Below are positions 52,786-64,000 of a DNA stretch of 64,000 bases, in pieces. Position 1 is the stretch's first letter. Every line of letters starts with the position of its first letter. Location of the stretch: contig NMRA01000217.1 in the NCBI GenBank assembly GCA_002633005.1, positions 552,417-616,416 on the forward strand. The letters are read 5' to 3'. This DNA comes from Phoronis australis (Eukaryota; Animalia; Phoronida). The notes under the pieces were generated by a model. The model saw only the letters and a program-made list of their open reading frames with translations. It was not told the DNA's origin and made no database searches. The position numbers and the translations under genes are program-made.

Positions 52786-55700
52786 CTACAGACTAAGTAG
52801 TATTCTAAGATACACGGTGGCGCCGAAAGCGAATGTTGTTATTGCCAAGGAAGGAGTGAAGAAGTGAGCCGCGTTGTCCTCTTTTGCCGCTTCAGATTCT
52901 AAACCACCTACGTCCGACGAACCTTTGTTATAGTCCTCACCGCCCCCTTCAAAACAAAAGCAAAACAAACTATAAGTTATACCTATTTTTTCAGATTGTT
53001 CAAGTGCACACACAAACTAGTTGCAAATAAGCTTACATTCACTTAGCAGCTAAGCGGAGATCACCATTCTCCATAAAGGTTACTTTAGATACGTTTTCAT
53101 ATGCAACGTTTTCGCGCTATCAATAATAGACAGGTTGATAAAATGGCATACAGTGCGGCTTGCAAGCTGCAGAATTATTGTACTGAGTGAGTTTCCTGCT
53201 AGCGATCTCCTGCGCAGAATACTGTATCTAGTTAGGGGCCACAACTTAACATAAGAACGTGTTTCATGAAAAACTTGTGATGAGAGGCGTGCATAAGGAC
53301 TGTTAAAGCAGTCTTTGGAAAGAAAATGGAGTCTTTGGCTAATTTCTTTGCAACGGAATTTCTAAGTTTTCTGTCACATATTTTCTTATGCTACTTAATT
53401 AGTAAAACATGTTTTTTAATAGTAGCGGGCTTAGAGAATTCGTCGTATTTTGTAAAATTTCCCAAAGTGTTGAATACATGAGTGGATCTGGACTTTGTCA
53501 CATATTACATTTCTATAGTAAAGTTGTGAAAGACAATACGCTGCATAAAGAATCTGATTGCCACATGACACACTGGGCGCCTAATGCGATAAACACTGGA
53601 CATTTTTGGTAACGTACAGTCTACCAATGCGTTTCGTCGCAAAACTGATATGACTTTGGGTGCTCGATTCTATGTTACATTGCGAACTACGTGTATTTGG
53701 AAGACAGCCGAAAAAGCGCAACCCCATGCATCTAGCCACAGAATACGCTTAGTGACACAAACGGTGTGGTTTAATTGACAGCATGGTCAGGACACCAACT
53801 ATCTTCGGGAGCAACCACGTGGGTTTATGAACACTTTTAAGGGATTTATTTTTACCTTACGAAAGCGTAGTGAAGTAATGGACTTCGAAAACACGATCAT
53901 GTCCCAAAATGCCATACATATATGAGGAATACAACCGTATTTTGGACGAACTCGATAAAAATGTTAGAAATATCGTTAAAGTTCAGTTTACATGCAGTTC
54001 AATATTATACAAAACATTTTTTTTGCTGAGCAGTAAGCGAATCTGGCTTATATACTATGGCTAAGACTATGACATTCCGCTAAGTTACTTACAGGGACAA
54101 ACCTTGCACATAAATGGACATTGCGACGGTATATTGGAGTATTCCGCACACGTGTTCACGAAACCTGGCCAGCTGCAGTGGTTTGGATCCTTTGCTGACT
54201 TACAGAATACTGAAGTACATGTAGAAACAGAAACAGAGCAACTTCAAATTGATGTTTTGCTGCACGAACGGCTGAATTCAACGGAATTTGTTATTTTAGA
54301 TGTATAGGGCTACCCATTAGCAAAGTCTTAGCAAAATAGGAAACGGGAATTCAATCACGCAAATGTTGGCCCCTCAAATGAAAAGTAAAAAAGCTGGCTT
54401 TGCTGCCATATTGTCACCGGGAGATCCCAGGCAAAACCACAAAAGATTGATAGCAGTTGTATTGAATAGGGGTCTGAATAGGACAACACTGCGGGCGAGT
54501 GTTTTTCGCAGCTGTTTGAATAGTCCTTTTGCGCCAGTTTATAACAATAACGCGAGATTATGTGAGACTTAACGGTGACGTTACGGGAAGTGGGGCAAAA
54601 GCTTGTCGTTTGGCCATTTGCCCAATACGGTAGCAGAGTGTATTCTGTCCTTTTCTTCGAGGTTTATAGCCATTTAGTTCGAAAAATGCCAAACGAGCAT
54701 TGCTGCTATGGCAATTGAAATTCAGATTCGCAATACAATACGTTCTATCGCGTTCTGTACTAATTTCGTCCCGTATATTTTAAACGAGCGCCGTAGGCGA
54801 AATCCGTGATTGATGCTCTTACACACTGTAGGAACCAAATTTACTGATATTACCGTTTAAGATAGGCTTGAAAGTGATACGAGGTAAGTAATACTGGAGT
54901 CGGAAAATCGCTTCAGTGCAGCCCCGGACACCAAGTTGTGAATTGCACTCCCGAAGTACAAAGTAGGTTCACATGTATAGGAAAATGTTAAAGTAAATGT
55001 TAACAAGCTGCAAAAAGTCCCGCTTTTATTCATTAAACATATTAAGGCCGCCATTAGTGAATTTCCGTTATTTTGCAATACCTCACTTGTTGCTTATAAA
55101 AATGAACTCTTCAGTCTACGTAGCAAGATTTTGAGGGCCAGGAATAACGATTGATCCATTTTCTAAGTAATTAAATAAAGATATTGAGCACTTGACGACA
55201 CATTATAATCAGGTCTTCGTTTAGGATTCCCCATGATACGCCAATTCATAGGCGTTTAAATTTTAAATCATTTCAGTGACCAAAATCAAAAGAAATGCCA
55301 CTTAAAAGTAAAAACACTGATAGCAGATTGCAGTTACTTGAACAGTTTAGGCGAGTCTGGTCCTGGTCTTGTCACTTTTGACACTTTCCATGAAACTTCA
55401 ATCAGACACTGGCCGTTTTTATTCTTCATCTTCGTCCACTTCAGCTAAACTTTTTAACAAAACATTCTAGTCGGACTGCTGCCCATCCACCTGAGTGGAA
55501 GACTGGGATTATGCTCCTCGTTAAAAACAAAGTTTCAACTACTGAGTTTTCTAATTACAGGCATATTACTTTGAATTTTTCTATCTAAATTGTTATTCTG
55601 CATACAACCATCTCCACCCCGTTGCCACTGTTTCCTAATTAACTGGAATTCTCCAAAGTACATGTATTTGTTCTGGATTTGTGAAAGGCAACAACCTACA

Positions 55701-58700
55701 GTAGGTCCGTTTCTTACATTTAGCTTCAGCATTAGATGTTGTATGCCGAGTCTTACTATTAGTTAAATTAAAATCACCACCTCTTTGATCAGTTTGTTCG
55801 AATTTTATCTTTTATGTCTGTCCTTTAAGGCCAGAGTAGACGGTGTGTTATCTAGGGTCATCTCAGGGTTATATAAATCACGAGATGCATCAAGGTAGTA
55901 TTCTGGGTTCACTAGTATTTCTAATTTTCGTTAACGATATACCGGACTCACTTCTCTGCAAACGTTATTTGTGTGCAGACGATACTTGTACCTTTCATTC
56001 ATTACCGAAAGACAAGCCTGAAGAATCTGTCCGTTGACCTAAGACTGATGCCCTTTGACCGAGGTCTCTCTCAAACGTCACGAATACGACTCACTATACT
56101 GCTTACGTTTGGCTTTTTTCTTTCATCGACTACCCCCATAGCGGCTGTACTGATCACTGCAGTTTCCCACCCTGACCCCCCACACATTGTTGGGAAACGC
56201 CTGACCCATGGGAACCCGCTTCCTTGCTTGGGAGCCATAGCAATCCGCGCAATCGGGCTACCTACAATACTTTCATCGGTTGGCCAACCAGAAACGTGCT
56301 GATGAATGATACAGAAACATGCAGGCTAAACTAAATAATTAGGTCACACTGTGTATGTCTATTTAGGAACGAAATACTGATAACTTACGTTTGCATCTAT
56401 TTTCCGGTTTTAAGTTAAGACTGCCATAATCTGATGCACACTTGCACTGACAGGTGTTAGGGTCAAGGTCGCCACCACTATAACAAATCTGTCCTTTGCA
56501 ATCTGAAAACAAAAACGAAGTAACTTGACAAAATTTGTGAAAACGCCCTAAGAAGCGACTCCTATCGCTACTGAAAGAAAGATGATGACAATGATATTGA
56601 AAGAAAAGATTAACAAACGCAGCATACAAAGCCTTGCAAACCAACAGAATTGCAACGAGAAAACAGTCAAATGATAAAATTAGCGGTCACCAGTAAACTG
56701 ATGTGCAATTACTATTATCAAATGGTGAGTCCAGAGACACGTGTAGTATACCGCGAGCAACCCTTGACGAAAATTAGTCACGTGCAAAATTTCGGAGATG
56801 TTCTTTCAAGGACGCCGCAGGCATGGCGTCCCATTTCAAACAAAGTAGGCCTCGAGCTTTCAACCTATTACATGAAGTACAGTAACCTATGAGGACAAAA
56901 AAGCGGGAAAAGACGAATTAAAATGATACCTCGCAACAACCAGGTTTTTAGGTTGAGTTGATACATACAAACGGAAGCCAGAAACTTTTTAAAAAATCGC
57001 CAGAGAACGGTAGGTTGCAGCTAGAAACAGACAACACACTACAGGCATGGCGCTTGACAAAATCTATTAGGAAACCAAGCTTCAAAAAGACTCGGCAAAG
57101 AATGAGTCTGCACTGCACCAAACTTGTCTCCAATTTCAACTGATCAGAGAAGACAAGGCCTTTAGTTTTTAACACGATACGCGATTCTACATGTTTTGAG
57201 ATAATAGCGAATGTGGAACAAGAGACTTAAGCATTCTACATTACGCTGATGATACTACAATTGTAACAGATGCTTCTGACAAATCTCTCAAGAAGGCTCT
57301 GGATCTTCTGGACCAATTTGCCAAGTATTCAGGTCTTAAACCTAATATTGAAAAAAACACGAGTGCATATGGATTGGAACCAGGAAGTATGATATCTGGA
57401 TATCTGATTTTGCAAAAAAATTAATGTGGTCAAGAACAGAGTTTTCGACTTTGGGGATTAAATTTAGAGTAAATCTAGACGTAATGATTGGATTGGACTT
57501 AAATGCAAAACTTATTGATATTCAAAATATCTTACGCTCTTGGTTCGGAAGACTCCTCAGTTTCTGGGAAAAATGTGAGTAGTGAAATCTTTAGTACTGC
57601 TAAAACCTACATGTACACATCTTTCCTTAAGTCTCCCATCACCAAAGGTCGATTTTATCAAACTACTGGGGATTTTTTTTCATTTTATTTGGAGTAACAA
57701 AAAGATTAATTATCGTAAGGCAATGGTCCAGAATTATAAAAACTATGATCTCAACATGGTTCATTTAGTTTCCTTTATTAAAGCTCTTACAGTAGCATGG
57801 TTAAAATATTATAGATGGACAAAATAATTCGGCCTGGGTAGAGATTTTGCGGAATTCAAGTCAAATTGACATTGCTAGGGTGTTCAATCTAAGAAACTAT
57901 TCTTTTTAATACTAGCCCAGTCCACAGGGAATCCTTTATGGAAAGATGTTTTTTCACCATCTGAGTTCGGTTGGATAGTAAACGAGGTCAAAAAAAGATG
58001 ACAGAATACTGCCAATGCCTTTATGGCATAACACAAAGGTTCCAATTTTAGGGAAACCAATATCTTACCCTACTTGGAATGAAAAGGGTGTGAGATTCTT
58101 AGGTGATTTACCTGACGAAAACGGAAATTTCTTGTCATACAGTTTTGCAGACAAATTTGCTTTTAAACCCTTTTTACACTCTATTGCAGGCTAAAAATCG
58201 GGTTGATCTGAAACCCTCTTGACGCCCACACCCCTCGAACCCCTAAACCCAGACCCCTTCGACCCCCAACCCTCTCGACCCACGACTCCCGACCTGTGGC
58301 AATAGAAGTATTTGATGTGCGCTTTTTGCACATTTCATAATCTTATTACGTCGCTGAGTGACTTTCCCATAAGACATACTTACACGCGAGTCTGCTCTGG
58401 CTCAAGTCTGGTTATTAAAAACAGATTGTGGCGTGAGAACGTGGTCTTAAATAACGCATTGTGAGCGCCTATCGTTGTCACGGAAATAGTTCCACGAGCG
58501 GCTAACAATAGCCCAGTTCTGCTTAACTTAGGGCGAGAGTACGTTAACAGGAATAATTTCATATTTTTATCATTTGCTTTATGTTGTATATACGTCTACA
58601 ATATGCACCATATAACACTGAAATACACTTTAGTTAACAGTTTGTTTTTTCAAACTGTACTTAGTGATGAAGTTATAGTTTTGTCGGTTTCTCGCACTCT

Positions 58701-61700
58701 CCGCAAAAAGGTTGAATCTGCCATTCACTGAGGAGCAGACGAGACGATTAGTGAACACACTCTGCTGGGAACGACATTTGTAACGTTGGTAGGTCTATCA
58801 TTTGATTTGGTCGCGTTTTTTTCTGTTTTTGGCTTTCAAGCTTGCCGATTCGACTCTCTTAATTGCAAAAAAATGCCATTAAGAAAGTCGATTCGGCAAG
58901 TGAGCTTAGCTGGCTTTATTAATGAAACAGGGAAAAGCCAACTGAGCTCACGGCCAAACTCACTGGTTCTGTAACTCAGCGTTTGTTCTATGTTCAGATC
59001 GAGTCGAGCTTGTGTGCACTGGGTCGAGGGGGTTGTGGGTCGTCGGTCGACGGGGTTGTGGTTCGCGGGTGGTCTGTCGACGGATTGTACATGTATGTCG
59101 AGGGGGTGGAACGTTGTGGGGTCGAAGGTTGTGGAGGTCGAGGGGACTTCAGAACAATTCCTAAAAAGTGCTAGCCTTGAAATTAACTGTCCAAAGTATA
59201 TTTCTTCCAAGTGCAAAAGTCAAGTGTCTCAACCAGTTATCCCACAAGTCTGGCAAATTTTGGTGAAAAATTTGCATGGTACTCGTGATATATATGACAT
59301 TTTTCTGGCAACTCTGTGTCAAAAACCAAGAGGATTAGAAAAATATGAAAATGCTCTTGGTTGTGCAAGATCAATGACCGAATGGAACTTATATTTCCAA
59401 ACATCCGTTTAATGTACTTCAAACGTTACAATTAGATGGTTTCGAATAAGATTCGTACACAGAATTTTAGCTAAATATTCCAAAGGCGAAGATGCCGTAG
59501 CTAATACTGATGGCAACAGTGGTGCACCGGAAATTATGTAAATGCAGTAGATAATTGATGTCCGTCGAACGTGCCACAAGGCGTCCATGGCACCCACTAG
59601 GCCAAGCATAATTATGGACGCCACTGGCATAAATAATAAACGATGACACTAAAACTTTGCCATCATGTTAATGATAATATTAACATATCAACGTTATCAT
59701 GATCACTATTATCCTCAGCATCATTTTCAAAATGGATGACGAAATCCGTAAACCATTAGAGTCTTGTCCAACGGGGAGGGGCGGGGGGAGGGCAATCGAC
59801 TAAGGAACTGTCAGTAAACAAAAGGACATTAAAAGTATCTAATAAGTCAAGAGCGGTCAGTTGTAGTTAACAATTGGCGATTTTTCCTGTAACTCCTAGC
59901 GAAATCTTCATGTATCTACATGTACATACAGTGTACCACGATTCACAAAGGAGCGTCGAGGGACGCCCGAGTGTAAAAATGGCGAAACAATGGCCATCAC
60001 AGCGTCACCGTACATGTGCGTCCGGTTCAAATAAAATGCAACTATTCTCGAGATAATAAGAAGTCACATTCACGAGTCAATCGGACAAACACTATTGTAA
60101 AAAGATAGCAAGTTCTAAAACATTTTTGGGCTCTTCAAACCATAAAATCGCCTGCTTACACGCTGTTGTATTCCTATCACCAGTAAATCCCGAATATCCC
60201 GAGAAAGGCAATCCAAGCAAAAACGGATGCCACGTTTATCACAGCCCTTATAGAGATCTTTTCACGTATGAAGTTTCAACAATTCAATCAAAAATGGTAG
60301 AGCTCTGGTGCAACAAACGATGAAGAAAAGTGCAATCGCCAAATACTTCAAAAGCCGTAAGTCATCACGACAAACCGTTATAACTACCCAAGTTGCCCTT
60401 GGCGGAGATCTATGTACATTAACGATTGCAGAAGAATCATACAAAGGATCACGGACCTTGAGCTCTGCAAAGCGATTTTTTTGGTCGTCACAGCGCGTCC
60501 GATTACGCCCAAAACCATACGTGTATGCCGATCGGATGAAGATTGCAACGAGTGGCTGGCGTACAAACAAAGAACGAGCAAAAATTAATGACAGAGCCCC
60601 AGACTTGAGGAAATTTCATTTCACCAAGTAAAACGTATGAGAAAGTAACATACATGTACAAAGCATTTCAGAAAGTAAAAAATAATTAAAATGAAACAAC
60701 AGCAAACGATAAAGTAGTTTAAAAGCAGTCTACGAGGGTAATTTTCAGCACAATGTGCAAGAAACCTTGATAGGCCCATATAATCGTCTTGAACTTCTAT
60801 GATTAATTTCTCTACAAGAAAACATGTTTTCATTACATATGCAGGGAAAATGCTGAAGTCAATCTTCTTGATAATAGTGACAAACTAAGTCTTTACCGCA
60901 CAACTTGTCTTTGTCGACGGTAGCGGGACAACGCTCTCCCAATTTCCCGAGGGTGTAAGGATTTCCAGATCTGAAACTGTAGTCGACGAAATATTCTGTA
61001 CTTTCACTTTGAGTGAAACACTTAAGCTCTGGCCTTAGTAGGCAGCTTCACACTCACTCCAACCCACGATTACCGTCACAATTTTACTGTATTCATTAGT
61101 TTTCTGCGTGCGAATATTAACAATCTGATCAGCCCATAAAATTATTCTTTATAATTGCACCGTTGCTATCAACTGTAAAGTTGTTTAGTGACTCAACTGC
61201 AAAATTTAACCAAGAAATACCGGCCGTGAAAATTTGTTTTTCAATTCAGGCTCAGAATAGAATTTTCAATAACGATTCACATATTCGTTGGGGGAAAAAT
61301 GAAAATCGAAACATGAATCACGTTCATACTGTATCTATAAAATATTGGAACGTCATCTTTAGTTTATAATTCAATTGGAATAGAACACTGGAACTGCAAA
61401 CCTGAGCACGCATCGTTCTTATCCAATTGACGTCGAGTTGTTATCATGATCTGTACTTACCCGGGCCCGTAGTTACACACATAAAAGTGTCCCATGTCTC
61501 CACACAGGGATTCACCACATCCGATTTGATAAACGTTATCTTGAACCATCTATAATATAACGGCCCTGTAGTGTTAACTGTATATACATGTACAAACGGT
61601 TGTTATGATGACCTTAGACAAATTTTCAATTATGGCTTACTTCGGAAAATTCGTGTCTCAGAAATGACTGACGAAACTTTCTGACACTATAATTTGTACT

Positions 61701-63758
61701 CTGTTCTGCAACACTATTTTAAGAATTGTTTTTAACGTGTTCCACGTTTGGGAAAGGGGCTATAAAAATGAGTTAAGCGATTTTTTGAAAAAAAATTAAA
61801 TTGAATAAGACGAAAACGAAATAAAAATTTAGCAAACTGTCACAGAGTTTTTGAGATTTCATCTTCAACATTTAAAAGATGGCTCAGTAGTTCTCCCAAA
61901 ACAGGTCCCTAGCTTTATTTTACCAGGCCTTCCTGATTTTACTAATATTTTTTCTACTTGATTTAGGGACCAGAACCTTGCATTTACCTGCACGATTATA
62001 TTTGCTGTTTACTACCGTATATATGACGTCATTTTGACACTTTGGACCCAGGTAAAAAAAATCAACATTCCAATATTATAAACAATAGTAAGCAATAGGC
62101 CATATTTACACTGTAAATTAAAAAGCTCTCTAAAAATATTTCCTGTCAGTAGATCCAGTCAATCTTAACCATTATCAGCCCGCCAACGGCATAGACGGGT
62201 GCAGCCGTTGTCGGAGCACACCGATTAATGCAAAAACGTAATCAAGTGTATTTTGATATTATTTTTCCATGCGGCAAAAATTTCACGGATTGCTCTGAAA
62301 CCCTCTCGACCCACGACCCACAACCCCAACCTGTGGCAAAAGAGGTTTTTGACGTACGCTTTTTACACATTCCATAATCTTATTACGTCGCTGGGTGACT
62401 TTCCCATAAGACATACCTACACGGTGGTCTGCTCTAGTGGCTTAAGTTTAGTTATTATAAACATCGGCCAAAATCTCAATTAACAGGTATCAGTATTGTA
62501 AGCATGAAATAATCGATAAAAATCACAAAGCATACCTTTGTATAAGGTCATGCTTACTTCTTCTCATAGAAGCACCCTTTTCACGCAATCTCAGGTTCAG
62601 TTGGCAGGGCTGCAAGCCATTTCACGATGCATTTCAAGGGCTCGCGAAATCGAGGTTGCTTCATCTATCACCACTAGTACACGCGCGCCCTCTAGGGAAG
62701 TAAAGATTGCCCTATAGCCCCAATAGGGGCACCTCCACGATTAAGCGCACACGCTCAATTGCGGTGCCTTGCGCAAAGCAAAACATTAATTTTTAAAAAT
62801 GCCGTCTAGCTCGAGTAATTTTTTGCAGAATAAAAATGGAATATCGTTTCATTTTCGTCACGTCTTCTTCAAGTACTTCTCAAAATGTCTTCCGTTGTTA
62901 TTGTTGAGTGTAATTTTGCGTATATTATATTCTAGCGCATCTTTTATGTGAAACATTCCTCTGCAGTAAATCGAAAATTACACTGATACAAGTTACATTT
63001 CATTGACAATTTGAACCGCTTCGATAAGTTTGGCCTGTTCCAAAGTACAAGAGCAAATTGACACACGTAAAATTATTACGATAATTTGGGCCTGCAGTGT
63101 TGTCCCTAAATGTCATAATTTTGAAGTTTTGACTATTTGGGAATTTGTGAGAATTTTGGATTGCACAGAGCTTAATACAGGTGAATATGTGCAAATTGAG
63201 TTTATGTCCTTATCACGTACATGTTCGTTCTGTTTGGAAAGGGAAGAGCGTTGCTTATTTGGGGCACTCCGTGACTTGTCTTCCAGAAGTTCCTCCGAAA
63301 ACAGAAAAGACTGAATGACCACAGGTGGTTAATAAGATCAAACAGACCGTTGACAAAAATAAACGTACCCAGCGCCACCTGAAAGCGGGCGGGGTAACTG
63401 AAGTGGTGTGTGTGTGTGTGCGTGTGTGTGTGTGTACGTGTGTGTGCGTGTGTGTATGCGTGTGTGCACGTGCGCTTAGTGGGGAGGGGGTGTTATTTCT
63501 CGTACGGCACAGTGGCCGTGAGGAGAACGGGCGGCAAAAAGCACATTCCAACTTCTGTAAAAGTATTCTAACGACCTTAAAATTACAGAATGCGTTCAAT
63601 GGACTTTACACTGACCATTGTATAATGCCCAGTTTTTGCCGGCCGGCCACTGTCGTAGACATAGTACTGCTTCTCAGAGGCCCAGAGCTTTATCATAGCA
63701 GGCCAATCGGTTTCTTGCTTGGTAAATTCTGCTATGTTCTGGCTGACATGGAAACGAC
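52786..63758 (-). CDS. CAP/SCP (CRISP/GLIPR, Mr30/Tex31-like) cysteine-rich protein, 3' part; exons 63616-63758, 61461-61549, 60897-60970, 56389-56502, 54093-54209, 52786-52946; 5' exons lie beyond the window
   Basis: Spliced translation GRFHVSQNIAEF..W..MIKLWASEKQYY...GHYTM|MVQDNVYQIGCG..LCG..HFYVCNYGPG|SGNPYTLG..RCPATVDKDKLCD|CKGQICYSGGDLDPNTCQCKC...RCKL|FCKSAKDPNHC...TCAEYSNIPSQCPFMCKVCP|WGGEDY...hydrophobic tail. CAP motifs, hinge, EGF-like, ShK-like; all GT-AG with matching phases. Confidence 0.88.
55850..56000 (+). mobile_element. CR1/L2-type LINE reverse transcriptase fragment
   Basis: HQGSILGSLVFLIFVNDIPDSL....LCADDT matches PQGSILGPLLFLIYVNDLP...FADDT. Confidence 0.7.
57225..59475 (+). 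mobile_element. Degenerate L1/Tx1-type LINE ORF2 fragment (RT end and C-terminal region), split by a nested TIR element
   Basis: HYADDTTI..KSLKKALDLLDQFAKYSGLKPNIEK, IWIG, FFHFIW, FIKALTVAWLK, PLWHNTK, WNEKGVRFLGDL.DENGNFLSY, and after the insert RWFRIRFVHRILA; many frameshifts. Confidence 0.8.
58199..59160. mobile_element. Non-autonomous TIR element with subterminal TCGACCC arrays, nested in the LINE
   Basis: Imperfect TIR (GGGTTGATCTGAAA vs reverse complement GAATTGTTCTGAAG), inverted cgaccc repeats, flanks ctaaaaat / ctaaaaag as 8-bp TSD with one mismatch. Confidence 0.7.
62286..62460 (+). mobile_element. Left-end fragment of the same TIR element family as 58199-59160
   Basis: Shares ctctcgacccacgac..acctgtggcaa..cataatcttattacgtcgctg.gtgactttcccataagacatac with 58270-58385. 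Confidence 0.7.
63406..63473 (+). repeat. (GT)n imperfect microsatellite
   Basis: Directly visible. Confidence 0.95.
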
Positions 63759-64000
63759 CTAAAACATAAGAAAGTTCCACAGAAAGTTTGTCTAAGAACT
63801 GAAATTCGTCATTATTTTAGATTCATCGTGTTTCGAGTTAAAAAAATTATCTTTCAGGTTCAGTATAAAACCTTCAAAACCTCATCGTGCCGCAAACACC
63901 GCGTACCTACGCACCACACTACTTAATTAAATCTGAAGCACGCAGGCTTCAGTTAACTGTATCTAGCACAAAATTCAATGGTGGACAGTTCTGTCCAAGT

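Noticed and set aside
60126-60631. Basic 107-aa ORF and neighbours in CAP intron
   Set aside because: No recognisable domain or splice support; possibly a transposon relic but unsupported.
62535-62600. Candidate CAP exon ending PYTK|gtatg
   Set aside because: In-frame stops upstream; the true GHYT exon is at 63616-63758.
63255-63762. HT-repeat and VC-repeat ORFs
   Set aside because: Read-through of the (GT)n microsatellite; the real exon is 63616-63758 on the minus strand.

Overview
Eukaryotic (metazoan) genomic DNA, AT-rich, intron- and repeat-rich, from a draft and probably heterozygous assembly (N gaps, single-n joins flanked by near-identical tandem copies). The CAP-EGF-ShK gene architecture suggests a lophotrochozoan/mollusc-like invertebrate, but the species cannot be fixed from the sequence. 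Genes reconstructed by hand from splice sites and reading frame: NAA50 (minus, 4 coding exons, 158 aa) head-to-head with V-ATPase subunit A/ATP6V1A (plus, 15 coding exons, 616 aa, one U12-type intron), start codons 225 bp apart; a two-exon atypical protein kinase (minus, 242 aa) tail-to-tail with ATP6V1A, plus a second partial copy; and the 3' six exons of a CAP/CRISP-family gene with EGF-like, ShK-like and GPI-signal-like modules (minus). Mobile DNA: four copies of a TTAA-targeting non-autonomous Kolobok-type element carrying convergent THAP and KolX-like gene stubs, a decayed IS3EU-like transposase with a palindromic 21-bp array, a CAGGG-ended element with a 5-bp TSD, several MITEs, and Tx1/L1- and CR1-type LINE fragments. 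Most ORFs in the supplied track are spurious. No prokaryotic-type system (CRISPR, operon) is present; I cannot claim a wholly new system, and the best leads are the atypical kinase, the Kolobok derivative and the tethered CAP-ShK protein.
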